Part shown: positions 40,621-51,497 of the stretch, one piece after another | Numbering within the stretch: the first letter of the stretch is position 1 | How the letters are laid out: each line of letters begins with the position of its first letter | Source of the DNA: Paraspadella gotoi | Lineage: Eukaryota > Animalia > Chaetognatha | Length of the DNA: 64,000 nucleotides | Reading direction: 5' to 3' | Assembly (NCBI GenBank): GCA_051294375.1 | Contig: CM119270.1 | Coordinates: forward strand, 12,337,676-12,401,675 | Position numbers and translations under genes: made by a program | Notes under the pieces: generated by a model | The model's input: only the letters and a program-made list of their open reading frames with translations | Databases searched by the model: none | Told to the model about the DNA's origin: nothing

Positions 40621-42146
40621 ATGAAAGCCAACACTATGGTCGCTACCTCCGCCCCTGCCGTCAGCTTCTTGCACAAAATCTCCAAGGCGTCGCATGGGCG
40701 CGTCATCAAGCGGGAGGTCGTCTCCGAGGCGGAAGAGATGCGGGAACTCTTCTCGATGCTGAAGAATCTCGTTCCCGGCCTGGCGCCCACCGCTCAAATC
40801 TCCAAGACGGAGCTTCTCCAGCACGTCATCGACTACATCAGCGAGTTGTCGGCGACGCTGGAGGAGGCCGAACAGCCCGACGAAGATTTCGAAAATAAGG
40901 TAATTTGATCGACAGATTTTTACTAAGTTTTTTTTTTCTTTTTTCCTCACAAGTCGTTTCTATTTTATTAAGAATCAAAAAAAAAAACTTGTTGGTCACC
41001 GGATGTATTTAATTTATCCCATCGTCTCCTCGGTTTCCTGTAAAGTTCATCCGACAACTTTTTTTTTTCACCCTAATTGACGGACCACCCGATTTTCCTA
41101 CTGTTTTTCGATCTCGAAGTCCAACCCTCTCAAGTCCCCGCCCTTTTGCTTGTCCTCCCCCTCTTTGTCCTTCCCTCCCCTCTCCATCTGGATAAATATT
41201 CACTTCCTAATCTGCTTCTCTTTTCTTTTCTATTTTCTTTTCAAATTCGAAAAGATAATATCGTATCGTGGTAACCGAGACGCATTTAACGATTTAACTT
41301 TGACGAAATTCGTTGTTTTTGGTGAGAGTCGTAACCCTCCTTTGCAACGTTACTCCTTCCGCTCATTTTTTGAAAAAAAGTTTGGATTAAGTCCAGGTGT
41401 TGTTCTTTTAAAAACGCGTAGCCTTGCAGCTGCGGTTCGATGAAAAACTAAAAAAAAAAAGTGATTTCAGGGTTTTATTGGATAGGAAAAAGTTGTGAAG
41501 GGGAAAAAAAAACAACTAAATGCAGCATAAATTATGAGTCAGGGGGAGAAAAATGTTTTCATTGATTGAGAAAACAAAAGAGCTTTCCATTTTTAATTTT
41601 TATTCGTCTTAATCATTTGTCACGAAACCTTGTTTTTTTTTCCTTCTTCAAAAATAATAATACATTCTCTAGTAAAATTTTTTCTTCTTAAAAAGAAAAT
41701 ATGCAAATGCTACTGTGAAGAAAGGAGGGGAAGAAAGGGAAACACCTGCAACGGGAGTCTCCAAGAAACACAAATAAAACAGATTAAAACGGATTTGGTC
41801 GCATGAAGCTAATTTAAAAGGATTTTTTTCGTTGCGCAAAGCTAATTTTTCCGTCTTAACCGAATTAAAGACAAACAAGCGACGTCACATCGCGGGACAA
41901 GTGTAAAACAGCACGTGTTTTTCCGAGCGCCAAAATTAAATCATTAAAGATGTGTTTTTAAAAATTAAGAAAAAAGTAGAGAAATAAAAATAGAAACGAC
42001 TTTACGGATTATTATTTCTTATTTTTATTAAAAATTTGTCACTCGGTCATTAAATGTTTTTGCTCATTTGTTTTTTTTCTCAGGAACCGGAACCGGAACC
42101 GACGCCGATTGCCGCCTCCGACGCCGAATCCGACGTCTCCAACTGA
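40621..42146 (+). CDS. emc: Inhibitor of DNA binding / extramacrochaetae-like HLH protein (113 aa)
   Basis: Exon 1 40621-40899 (MKA... start; HLH EEMRELFSMLKNLVPGLAPTAQISKTELLQHVIDYISEL with no basic region), AAG|gtaatt donor; exon 2 42084-42146 after ttctcag (EPEPEPTPIAASDAESDVSN*). Confidence 0.9.
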
Positions 42147-43231
42147 AAGATCTACCGGCGACCGGAAAATCAAACCGGATTCGCCCGGCCGCTTCCCGGC
42201 GGCGGTCGGGCAATGGAGGGAATGAGGGCGGGGGCGTTGGTCAAACTCCCTCGTCACCCAACCGTCGGTCATCACACCTCCGAGCGGATGACCCGAACCT
42301 GACCCGAAGGAGTGACCCTGGACTCGAGCCGGCCGTCCGAGTTCAATCGCGACGCGTCATCGATAGTCGGCGAAAGAAAAGAAGATTCGCCGTCCAAGAA
42401 GATCTTCACACTAAAAAGAAGAATCTCCGAGGAGATCACGACGACGACGACGACGACGACGATGAAGACGATGACGAACTGTAAGCCGGATCGAAGAAGA
42501 ACGGGGAGATCGAAAGGGATTCACCGACGTTCCCCTCCCCTCCCCCATCTCCTCGAAAACGACAGCTGGCGCCCGCCCGTCCGTCCGTCCGTCCGTCCAT
42601 CTCTCTCCTCGGGCCATCTGGCCGGACGACGACGGCGATGAACCTGCCCTTCTCGTCAAACGCGCGACGCAGGCGGAAACACGAATTTCAATTTCCGACC
42701 CACATCTGACTCTCTCTCTGTTAGTTTGGAGAAGAGATAGAGACGGAGACTAAAGAGTGCGTGGGGGGAGAGAGGGAGCGAGAGAGAAAAGAAACACGCG
42801 TTGTCCTCCCAACTACGTGGAGCGCAAAACATGAGGGCGAGAGAGATGGGGGCTGGAAGAGGAGGAGGATGAGGAAGAGGAAGAAGAGGAGGCTCACAAC
42901 GACAGATGCCATACCCCTCATCCCGAGGGGAGAAGATTGACGCAGCCGCTCGACATCTGCTTCGATTGCCGCATCTGCTCCGATTTGGCGCATCTGCACC
43001 GGCAATGGACGACATCTGCGTCGACTGTTAACTTTTGACGTCGGCGATGAGTCAACAGCAAGAACGAAAGGGCTCAGAAAGAAAAAACAACGAAGAAGAA
43101 ACAAAAGACAAAAGCAGTCGTTAATGAATGCTACTTGCTACTAATGCTAGTTAATATTTAGTTAAATTACCTTTAAAGAGGAAAACAGTTTATTTGTTTT
43201 GTTTCAACGAATTTTTTTGGATTTTTTTTCG

Positions 43232-43267
43232 GACATGTTTCGACTCTACAGTTAGAGTCTTCATCAG
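43232..43267 (-). ncRNA. Minimal type-I hammerhead ribozyme core (Penelope-like-element type); helix I not paired
   Basis: Minus strand CUGAUGA A GACUCUA-ACUG-UAGAGUC GAAA CAUG UC: full core, 7-bp helix II, 1-bp helix III capped by palindromic CAUG; AATAAA ~40 nt downstream. Confidence 0.7.
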
Positions 43268-44771
43268 TTAATTTACATTTTTTTGTAAACTTTTTACGTA
43301 CACTTCTAATATGGCTCATATTTAGTTAATTTACCTTTTTTTGTAAATTTTTTACGTACTTTTCAAATATGGCCATTTTCATCAAGTAATAATTGTCATT
43401 TTTGACCGCTTGAAACATTTTGATTTGCAGTTGAATAGAAAATTGATTTTTACTAACTTGTTGTCCTCATTTAAAAATGAATAAAATAGATAAATATAAT
43501 GAATTTTTAGCTTGCCACAGTGCTGCCTCTTAAGCCTAAACTTTTCTCTGTCACATGACAATTTATTTCGGAAATTTGAAATTCCGACGAGGAATCGGTT
43601 TTAGTTATTATGCAATTACGAGGGGAGAAAAACTTCTTGTGACCCTCGCTCTCGTGATTCGTGAATGATTCAACAGCTGCGAGCGATTAAAAGTCGAGAA
43701 CTAATGACGAGGCTGATTAGGTCCGCTGTGAATAATTCCTGTGAGAATTAACCCTTCTTTCGTGACTGAAGACGTCGCATCTGCGGTTTTTGGTTGTGAT
43801 GTGTTGTATTTTTACCATCTGGGTATTTTTCGAGGTTGAAAAACGTCATATGAAGTTTTAAAATTTTGTTTCATTCTTATTGTATGTAGTTAAGAAATAT
43901 GAATGGATGTGCTAATTGACACAAAATACAAAATATAAAATATCAATTTTAAATTACATACATCTTTACATGGCTATTTCTTAAACAATCGAGTTTGCTC
44001 CATCATACAAATTTTACATTTGCCGACTGTAATTGGGGAGAGTTTTGGGGGAGAGGTGGTTACTGGTTAGGGTTAGGGTTAGATTTAGGGTTTAGAGTGA
44101 TAATATTTTTTTAAAAATAAATTTTTTTTTATACGGTGTTTCAAATAAAAGAAAAAAAAAATCCGAAAATTTTATCAATAATTTCTTTCTTCAAAATATT
44201 TTAATTTAAAGAAAAAAGTTTTTTCAAAAGGTAAGGGAAAATAAAGATGCATTCCAAATTGTCACTTTGTTTTCTTTAAAACGAGTCATCACGATCAAGA
44301 CTCCCTACGACCTCTAGCGTTTTTTTTTTCAAGTAAAAAGATAAATGACGGTTTGTTTAGTAGCATGTTTAATTGTTTTTAAACCAGCCCAATTAATCTT
44401 GCTTCTTTAAAATTAAATTCATGCAACCCCATTTTTTACATTTAAGTTTCACACTTTTTATTCATTCAGCTCAATTCCGTTTGGTTACAATGTGAGCGTT
44501 AAAGAAAATCAATTAAAATCAATTAAATCGAATCAACTCTTGCTTTATTCGGGCGTCTCTTACAACTCGTTCTACCAGTTCAGCTCTGCACAGTCGGCCG
44601 GAAAAAAAAGTTATCAGCCTTATTTCGGACTGAAAATGTGTTTCTTCTCATTATCATGACAATGAATAACGCTTCTTGTTTAGAAAATTACATATATGTC
44701 GAAACTGTAACTTGATCTTCAGAATTACAAAAAAACAAAAAACAAAAACAAAGACAAAACAAAACAAAACC

Positions 44772-45297
44772 ATGACTCTTCCACTCAAACGTTTTCTACC
44801 TCGTTCCGGTTCCCCCAAATTCTCTCTCGCTTTTCTCTCGTCCTCATTCGTCCGCCATGTTTCCCCCAACGTCCTCGCCCACTCGTCGTCAGTTTCCAAT
44901 GGGACCGAATCCCATTTCGGGTTCGAGGCTGAGGACATCGCGACGGCCAAACCCTTGGCCTCGATCCCCGGACCTCGGAGTTATCCGGTGGTTGGGTCGT
45001 TGCTCGCCTTCAAGCCCTTCGGGGATCTGGACTTATTCGACGCGATATCCAGGTTTTTTGATTGCTTGATTGCTTGCTTGATTGCTTGATTGATTGATTT
45101 ATGTATTTATATTTATTTACTGATTATTTTACTGATTCGTTCATTGATCCTGATTTTTAGTCGGTGCGTCTGGTAGTCTTTTTGATTGGCTGTCTGTTTA
45201 TCATGCTGTTTGTCAGTTTGTTTGTCTGTGTGTCGGTGAAAGAAAGAAAATTAAAGAGGATTTTATTGTCTGTGTGATCTTTCAAAGGAATTTGGAA

Positions 45298-45381
<84 letters not shown>

Positions 45382-45568
45382 AAAACGTTTGGAAAACAAA
45401 TGAACAGAGAATCCAAGTGAATGATCGCATTTAGTGACATTCCGTACGCTTTTACAGAGTATCATGTATTTTAACACGAAAAACAAAAGACCTCTTTGAC
45501 GTACTAGTTGCTGTCCAGGGGCATGTACTGTTCAATTCAATTCTCTCTCTTTCTCTCTCTCTCTCCCT

Positions 45569-45600
<32 letters not shown>

Positions 45601-48600
45601 CAAAAATTAGAGGATCAAAATTGGAAAACCGCTACGGGAAGATAATTCGAATGCACTTTCCGATTATGGGAATGAAAGACTCTGTATCTTTGCTGGACCC
45701 TCGTGATTTCGCCATCGCTTTTAGAAACGAAGGTACATATAGCAAATTTATGGCCATAGTTATAGTAATAACACGCTTTATTTAATAATAAAAATGTTTT
45801 TTTCGAATAATAACCTACATATTTAGGCAAATATCCTCGCCGCCCCAATTCTAACATTCTCAGGTAGATTAATTAAAAAATATATTAACCTTATCTTTTA
45901 TTTAAAACTCGCATTAAAAATATCAAAGTAAGCGTGGCATACATTCGATAGCCATTTCAATTCACTTAACCCTACGTCAGCGTTTACCGCGAGGAACGGA
46001 AAAAAGGCCTCGGCCTCTTTATGACCAACGGCGAAGAATGGTGGCGCTTTCGTCAGCCGCTTAACAAGACGATGACGCGCGCCAACGCAGCTTATCCTTA
46101 TTTGGATATTCAGTCTTTAGTCGGGGACGAGCTCATCCAGAAAATCGGGATGGAAGTGGAAGGGAAGGACGGAAGGTATCCCGAGATCATGAAGGTGAGG
46201 TCTGAGGACAGATTATAAATATGGTTTAAATATGATTAAAAAATTATGATAAAAAAAAAAATTTAAATGTGCAAATTTTATGAAAATAATTTCATTTTTC
46301 ACCATCTTTTTCGTTAAGTTTTGAGATGAAAGCAAAAAAAAATTTTTGGTACAGAAAACGTTGCGTGTTTGTTAAAAACTTCTTAAAATGATAATTGAAT
46401 TATAGTTACTAACGAGTTTCGTTACGCGAGTCGCCGATCAGATTTCGTTTCTTGAGTTTGATTCCTCTGCGATGAGCTTGTGTAATATTTTTTCTCGGTC
46501 TGAAGAGACAGTAATAATTGTTATGAGTTAGCAACATAACCGTCCCTGAGCTTCGGATAACACCGTATTACAGGCGGGTTAAGCGCCCCGTCCCTCTTAA
46601 CTGCTAGGCGACCACCGAGTTAGAACCCCGGACCTTTGGGTTGGGAGACGAATGACTTACCTCCTGCACCAATAGGCGCTGATGAACTGTTGGTGGATTT
46701 TAGTCAACCATACGTCATTTTTTCGACAGGTCATGTTCCGTTGGGCCTTGGAATCCGTTTGCGCCGTCGTCTTCGATCGTCGCTTAGGATGCATGGACCC
46801 AAATTTGCCTAGCGACGCATGGCAACAAAAGTTTATCGATTCCGTTCACGGCGCCTTCGCTACCATGTTTAAACTCATGTTTAATCCAACGCATAGAATC
46901 GCTTACAATCTCGGATACAAAACGAAGAAATGGAGACAAATGGAGGAATATATGGAGTAAATTACATCGACTGGAAAACAATTGCTAAAACTTTATGCAC
47001 GACAGTTTCATTAAAATACTTATCATAATTTACTTTTTTTTTTAAAGTTATATTGACCAAACTACGTTGGACTTAATGCACGAAACGAAAAAGATACTCG
47101 AAGCGGATACAGACGTTGACCTCAACAAACGCTTCCTCCCACAGTTGTTCGCTGCTGACGACCTCAAATTACCGGTTCTCTATTAACTTTATTAACATCG
47201 CTTGACCATTGACCAATCTGACCAAACGTTCCAAATGAACGCGAGAAATATTTTATTTTTAGGACAAAGTCTCTGTTATTTTTGACATGATGCTCGCGGC
47301 CATCGACACAACTACTTACTCCATGTTCAGAACGTTGTTCTTTCTTGCCAAAAATCCAAATGAACAGGTGAATTTACGTCAGATGTAAATTCTGTCTACG
47401 TATAAAATAAACAATTTCAGTTGCTTGATAGTTGAGCTAATTCAGGAAACGCTTACACGGAACTGAATTCGGTGGTCGGATCGCCTGGTTCGCTCATCAC
47501 TCTACGATACTCTCGAAGCTTCATTATCTAAAGGTAAGTCATTGCCAAAAAGTCCGTGATTATTAATTTGACATTGTTTTTCAAAAACACCCCATTTCTT
47601 TTAAATTAAGTTCATTTTAAGTATAAAAGATAATGATTAAGGTTAGGGTTGGGATTGCTCATTTTTCGCTTCGTCGAAAGCGGGCGAGTTTTTAAGAATT
47701 ATGAATATGTTAAGATTTAGTAACAGAACCGTTCAAATAAGCAGTCCCTGAGCTTCGGGTCAGGGTGTAATACCGTGTTACACTGAACTTACAGGCGGGT
47801 TAAGCACCCCGTCCCTTTTAACTTCTACGGCGACTCCAGACGACCACCGGGCTAGAACCCCGGAACTTTGAATTGGGAGGCGAATGACTTGCTCCTGCAC
47901 CAATGACCTCTGATGATCGGTTGGGGGATTTTAGTCCACCATAGGAATATGGTTTTTGGTTAGAGGTTAGGGTTAAATATTAAAGTTAGAATTAAATTCA
48001 AGAATCAGGAATGGGGTGCTTTCGAATATAAATATATACATAAATTTTCATAGAAAATATTTTTTGGTATATCGTACAGGCGTGCATCCGTGAAAGCCAA
48101 AGAATGAAACCCATCGTGCCCCAAAACAGCAGAGCTCTTCCCATCGACGTCGTCATCAAAGGATATCTCATTCCCAAAGGAACACAAATATTCGTCAATC
48201 ACGAATACGCGTCCATGTCGCTGGAAAACTTTGACGATCCTCATAGGTATGACCAATGGTCATTGACCATGTGAACATTTTTTAGCATTCTTTGAGCAAA
48301 ACGAAAAGTTTAACTATGATTGTATTCATACCGTAAATTTCTTATTCTTAAAATATAAGTAGAAGCGAGTCTGAGTTATCAGGATGTAATAATATTAACT
48401 GATGAACGTGTAGATATTATTTGTACCAAGATTATTATTGCTTTGAAACGTAAGCATGCTTCATGTCAAAGTATATTTTTAGTTTATAAAATAGAATTAT
48501 TGGTTGTACCAATTTCATAGAATCTAATACACGGACTTCAATCTGGAAAGATTCAAAAGCACTTGCAATCTGATCAAAACGAAGAGTGATGGGGGTTTAA

Positions 48601-49473
48601 ATTTGTTTTGTACTGATAAAAACTACTTGATGTATTTTCCCACCAATTCATAAAATTCTGGCCAAGATAGTTTCTATGTTATAAAGATTTTCCCGAGATA
48701 GTAAATTTCTTAAAAAGCAGAATTTTTATTTTGAAAGAGGACCTTATTATTAATCCTTCCTAATATTTTTTAATACTTTACTTTTTTTATTTTATTGATA
48801 AGACACTGCTGTCAATGAATTACAAGTCAGAATAAAAAGATTAAAACCTATTGAAAATAAAATTTCACTTTTGAAAAAAAAATTTAAAAAACGACTTTAT
48901 TGATATTGATATTGTAATTAAGTTAAGACTTGGATAAAGATAAAAATGAAGAAAAGTGACCCGGCGCTGTTAAGAAATTTGATCATTTTCATCATAATCG
49001 TCAACTACTTTTCTAACTAATAAATAATATAAAAATCACTCCAGATTGAAAACCCTGTATTTTAGTATAATTAATTTTGCAATTTTCATAATGATTAAGT
49101 GTTATGTACCTTTAATTATGCATTTATACGATATTTTTAAATAAAGGTTTATGCCTGAGCGTTGGCTTCGCGATAAAGGAAAACGAGAAATGAATGTTCT
49201 TCCCTTTATTGTTCTTCCTTTCGGCTTTGGACCTCGAATGTGCATCGGAAGAAGGTTTGCCGAGCAGGAACTCTACATCGGATTAATCAAGGTGATTGCA
49301 ATGATGTTACTTTTAATTACTTTTGTTATTTTAAAAGCTAGACTAAGAAAAATTCTTTTCTCAAGATTCTACAAAGTTTTCGAGTGGAATACGAAGGCGA
49401 CAAGCTCCCCTTAAAAGCACCGGGAATCGACAAGCATCCCATCCTCTTGGATTTCATCTTTCATAAAAGATAA
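44772..49473 (+). CDS. Mitochondrial-clan cytochrome P450 (CYP12/CYP49/CYP301-like); exon 8 frameshifted in this sequence
   Basis: Exons 44772-45052, 45611-45732, 45827-45863, 45981-46194, 46730-46956, 47048-47174, 47263-47367, 47446-47533, 48080-48246, 49147-49291, 49366-49473. Presequence-like N-terminus, IPGP, WWRFR, WALES, AAIDTT (I helix), ESQR (ExxR), [14 protein letters not shown] haem motif; AATAAA at 49497. Confidence 0.92.
46537..46712 (-). mobile_element. tRNA(Gly-like)-headed SINE with a damaged twister motif (copy a)
   Basis: A box TGGTGCAGGAGG, anticodon-loop-like CTCCCAA, B box GGTTCTAACTC; homologous to 47740-47943 but lacks the 5' strand of P4. Confidence 0.75.
47740..47826 (-). 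ncRNA. Putative type-P5 twister ribozyme variant
   Basis: AGAAGU(P5) UAAAA GG(P2') GACG GGGUGCU UAA CC C GCC UGUAA..UUACA(P3) CCCUGA CCCGAAGC UCAGGG(P4/L4) ACUGCU(P5'). T1 = CG/CG; predicted cut between 47802 and 47801. Confidence 0.72.
47740..47943 (-). mobile_element. tRNA(Gly-like)-headed SINE carrying a twister motif (copy b)
   Basis: A box TGGTGCAGGAG, CTCCCAA, B box GGTTCTAGCCC; shares a ~35-nt leader before the tRNA head with copy a. Confidence 0.75.
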
Positions 49474-51497
49474 TTTAATGCGTTGAAAGTGAGCGCAATA
49501 AAAACGCAAATTTTTCTGGGAGTTTTAACGATTTTCGCTCATTGCACTTTCTGGACCAACCAAAATCTGAGTTAGTTCGTTCATATTGACTAGAGACTTA
49601 GATTTCGAGAAACACTCGGACACTAAGATCACAGTAATTTATTTATGTACAAGCACTAATCCATCAGAGTAATTAAAACATTTTTCTTCAATCTGGTAGG
49701 CAGAAAACTGATTAGTTTCTACCGTTTCAAATCAGTATGGCACAGCACTGATAATTGTTTTTACCATTATAAATCAATATGGCTAATCACTGATAAGTTT
49801 CTGCCATTAGTGAATGGTTACTTGATATTAAAATTTTTTATCTCAAAAGTATAATTATTTTAGGGCGGGTTGATCCAAACTTACATAAAATTTGATTGAA
49901 TTTTATGAGAAATTGAAAGTTTTGAAATAGCGAGTTATAAAAAGTATCGACATTTATGTGTGATATTTTATTAATTCACGCTTTTCCACAATTTTTATGG
50001 AATTTATTAAAGAATGTCAAGGTCATATGAATAAATTTTGTCAACTATAACTTGACAAGTATAACCTATGCTGATCACAATGACATCAGGCAGACAGTGT
50101 TTTACAACAGAATATAATTGTTAAGCTCAAAAGAATAACAATCTTAGGCTTTAGCTACAGCAATACAATAGTTTAGCAGTAAAAAAAAAAACTCGAACAG
50201 GTACAATTTTTGTTTGAAAACTGTAAAACTTAAACTAAAAATATTTGAAAAGAAAATTATGATATGATTTTCTATACGAAAAGCCACAAGCGCCTTATTA
50301 GCACCGCCCAAGAACCATATCAAAATAAATCATGATTATTAAACAGCAGTGAAAGCCAATGAAGAACTGGAATCCAAGTAAAAAGAATGTTTTAAAATAT
50401 TAATAAAGTGTCCTCTGTATTGAAATAGATATTTTAACATTCTAAGCTAGTTTATAAAAAGAAAATCTGAATTACTTTTCAAGCAGATCCAATAAAGTAT
50501 TTGCCATCGTTATAACCTAATCAAAGATTAAATTAAAGTAAGTCTGAGTAGTCCGACGAGCATTTTTTAAACGATCTATCAAGCAAAAATAAAAATCACC
50601 GGTAAAGGCATTACGGACGTTCTGAAACAATATTTAAGCCATTAACAATATTTAATATATTTTATGTTTTCAGGTTGACTAGACTTTTAGTTACTCCAAA
50701 AAATATTCATTAGAAAGCTTATGACGTGAATATCTACCTTAAACTCATAATACACTTTAGTTCAAAAATATTTTCACTACAATAATTTAATAAATCTAGA
50801 ATTTTCCGATGGTCCCCACATAAACAAATTGCTGCTGCCTATTCAAGATGGAAACTGTATCAAACCACTTCCTAAGTATTTCTGGGCATTTAAGTAAAGG
50901 TGACGTCGGGGAAGCGTAAGACGGTTTTAAATAATTGAAACCAAGTATCATGACGGATTTAGTTTGTAATATTAACCCCCAATAAAACCCTAAATAATAA
51001 CGAATTAAAACGAAACCCCATTAACAATTTTTAAAGCAAAACTACAATCTAAGAAAGCAAAAATTATGAACACCACAACTTTTTTTGATAACTTTTAGAA
51101 AAATCGACGTCGTGATACGACCATTGGGAAAATAGATGAGCAAATATTACATGTACCTATTGTCGCCAATTTTTAAGCGAGAAAAAAAAACAAACGATTC
51201 CCATAGACTTCACGAGAGTATTTTTAGGCGAAATTTATACGCATAATTTTAAGGATTGCCATTTTATTTTGGAAAAATCCGATCGACCGCCGGCAGACTG
51301 TGCCAGCGTCATCTACTGGCATCGAAATATGACTACAAGGAATTGGAAATCACCTCTAGTGATGTAATTGCACTTAGATTCATTTAAAAAAAAATAACAC
51401 TAAGAAAAAAAACTGGAAATGAAAAACTGGAAATGAAAAACTGGAAATGAAAAAAAAGGAAATAAAATAAACTGGAACTATAACTATCAAATTCTAT

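Noticed and set aside
42068-43104. ORFs downstream of emc exon 2
   Set aside because: The in-frame stop at 42146 ends the Id protein; the rest is low-complexity 3'UTR or regulatory sequence.
44066-44096. TTAGGG repeats as a telomere or fusion site
   Set aside because: Only a few degenerate units; such tracts are common inside small repeats.
46605-46680. Possible true tRNA-Gly gene
   Set aside because: Acceptor and anticodon stems do not pair properly, the B box is degenerate, and it is embedded in a repeated element; treated as a SINE head.
46679-46700. CTGATGA on the plus strand (also 47910, 48399, 51864) as hammerhead cores
   Set aside because: No helix II plus GAAA follows.
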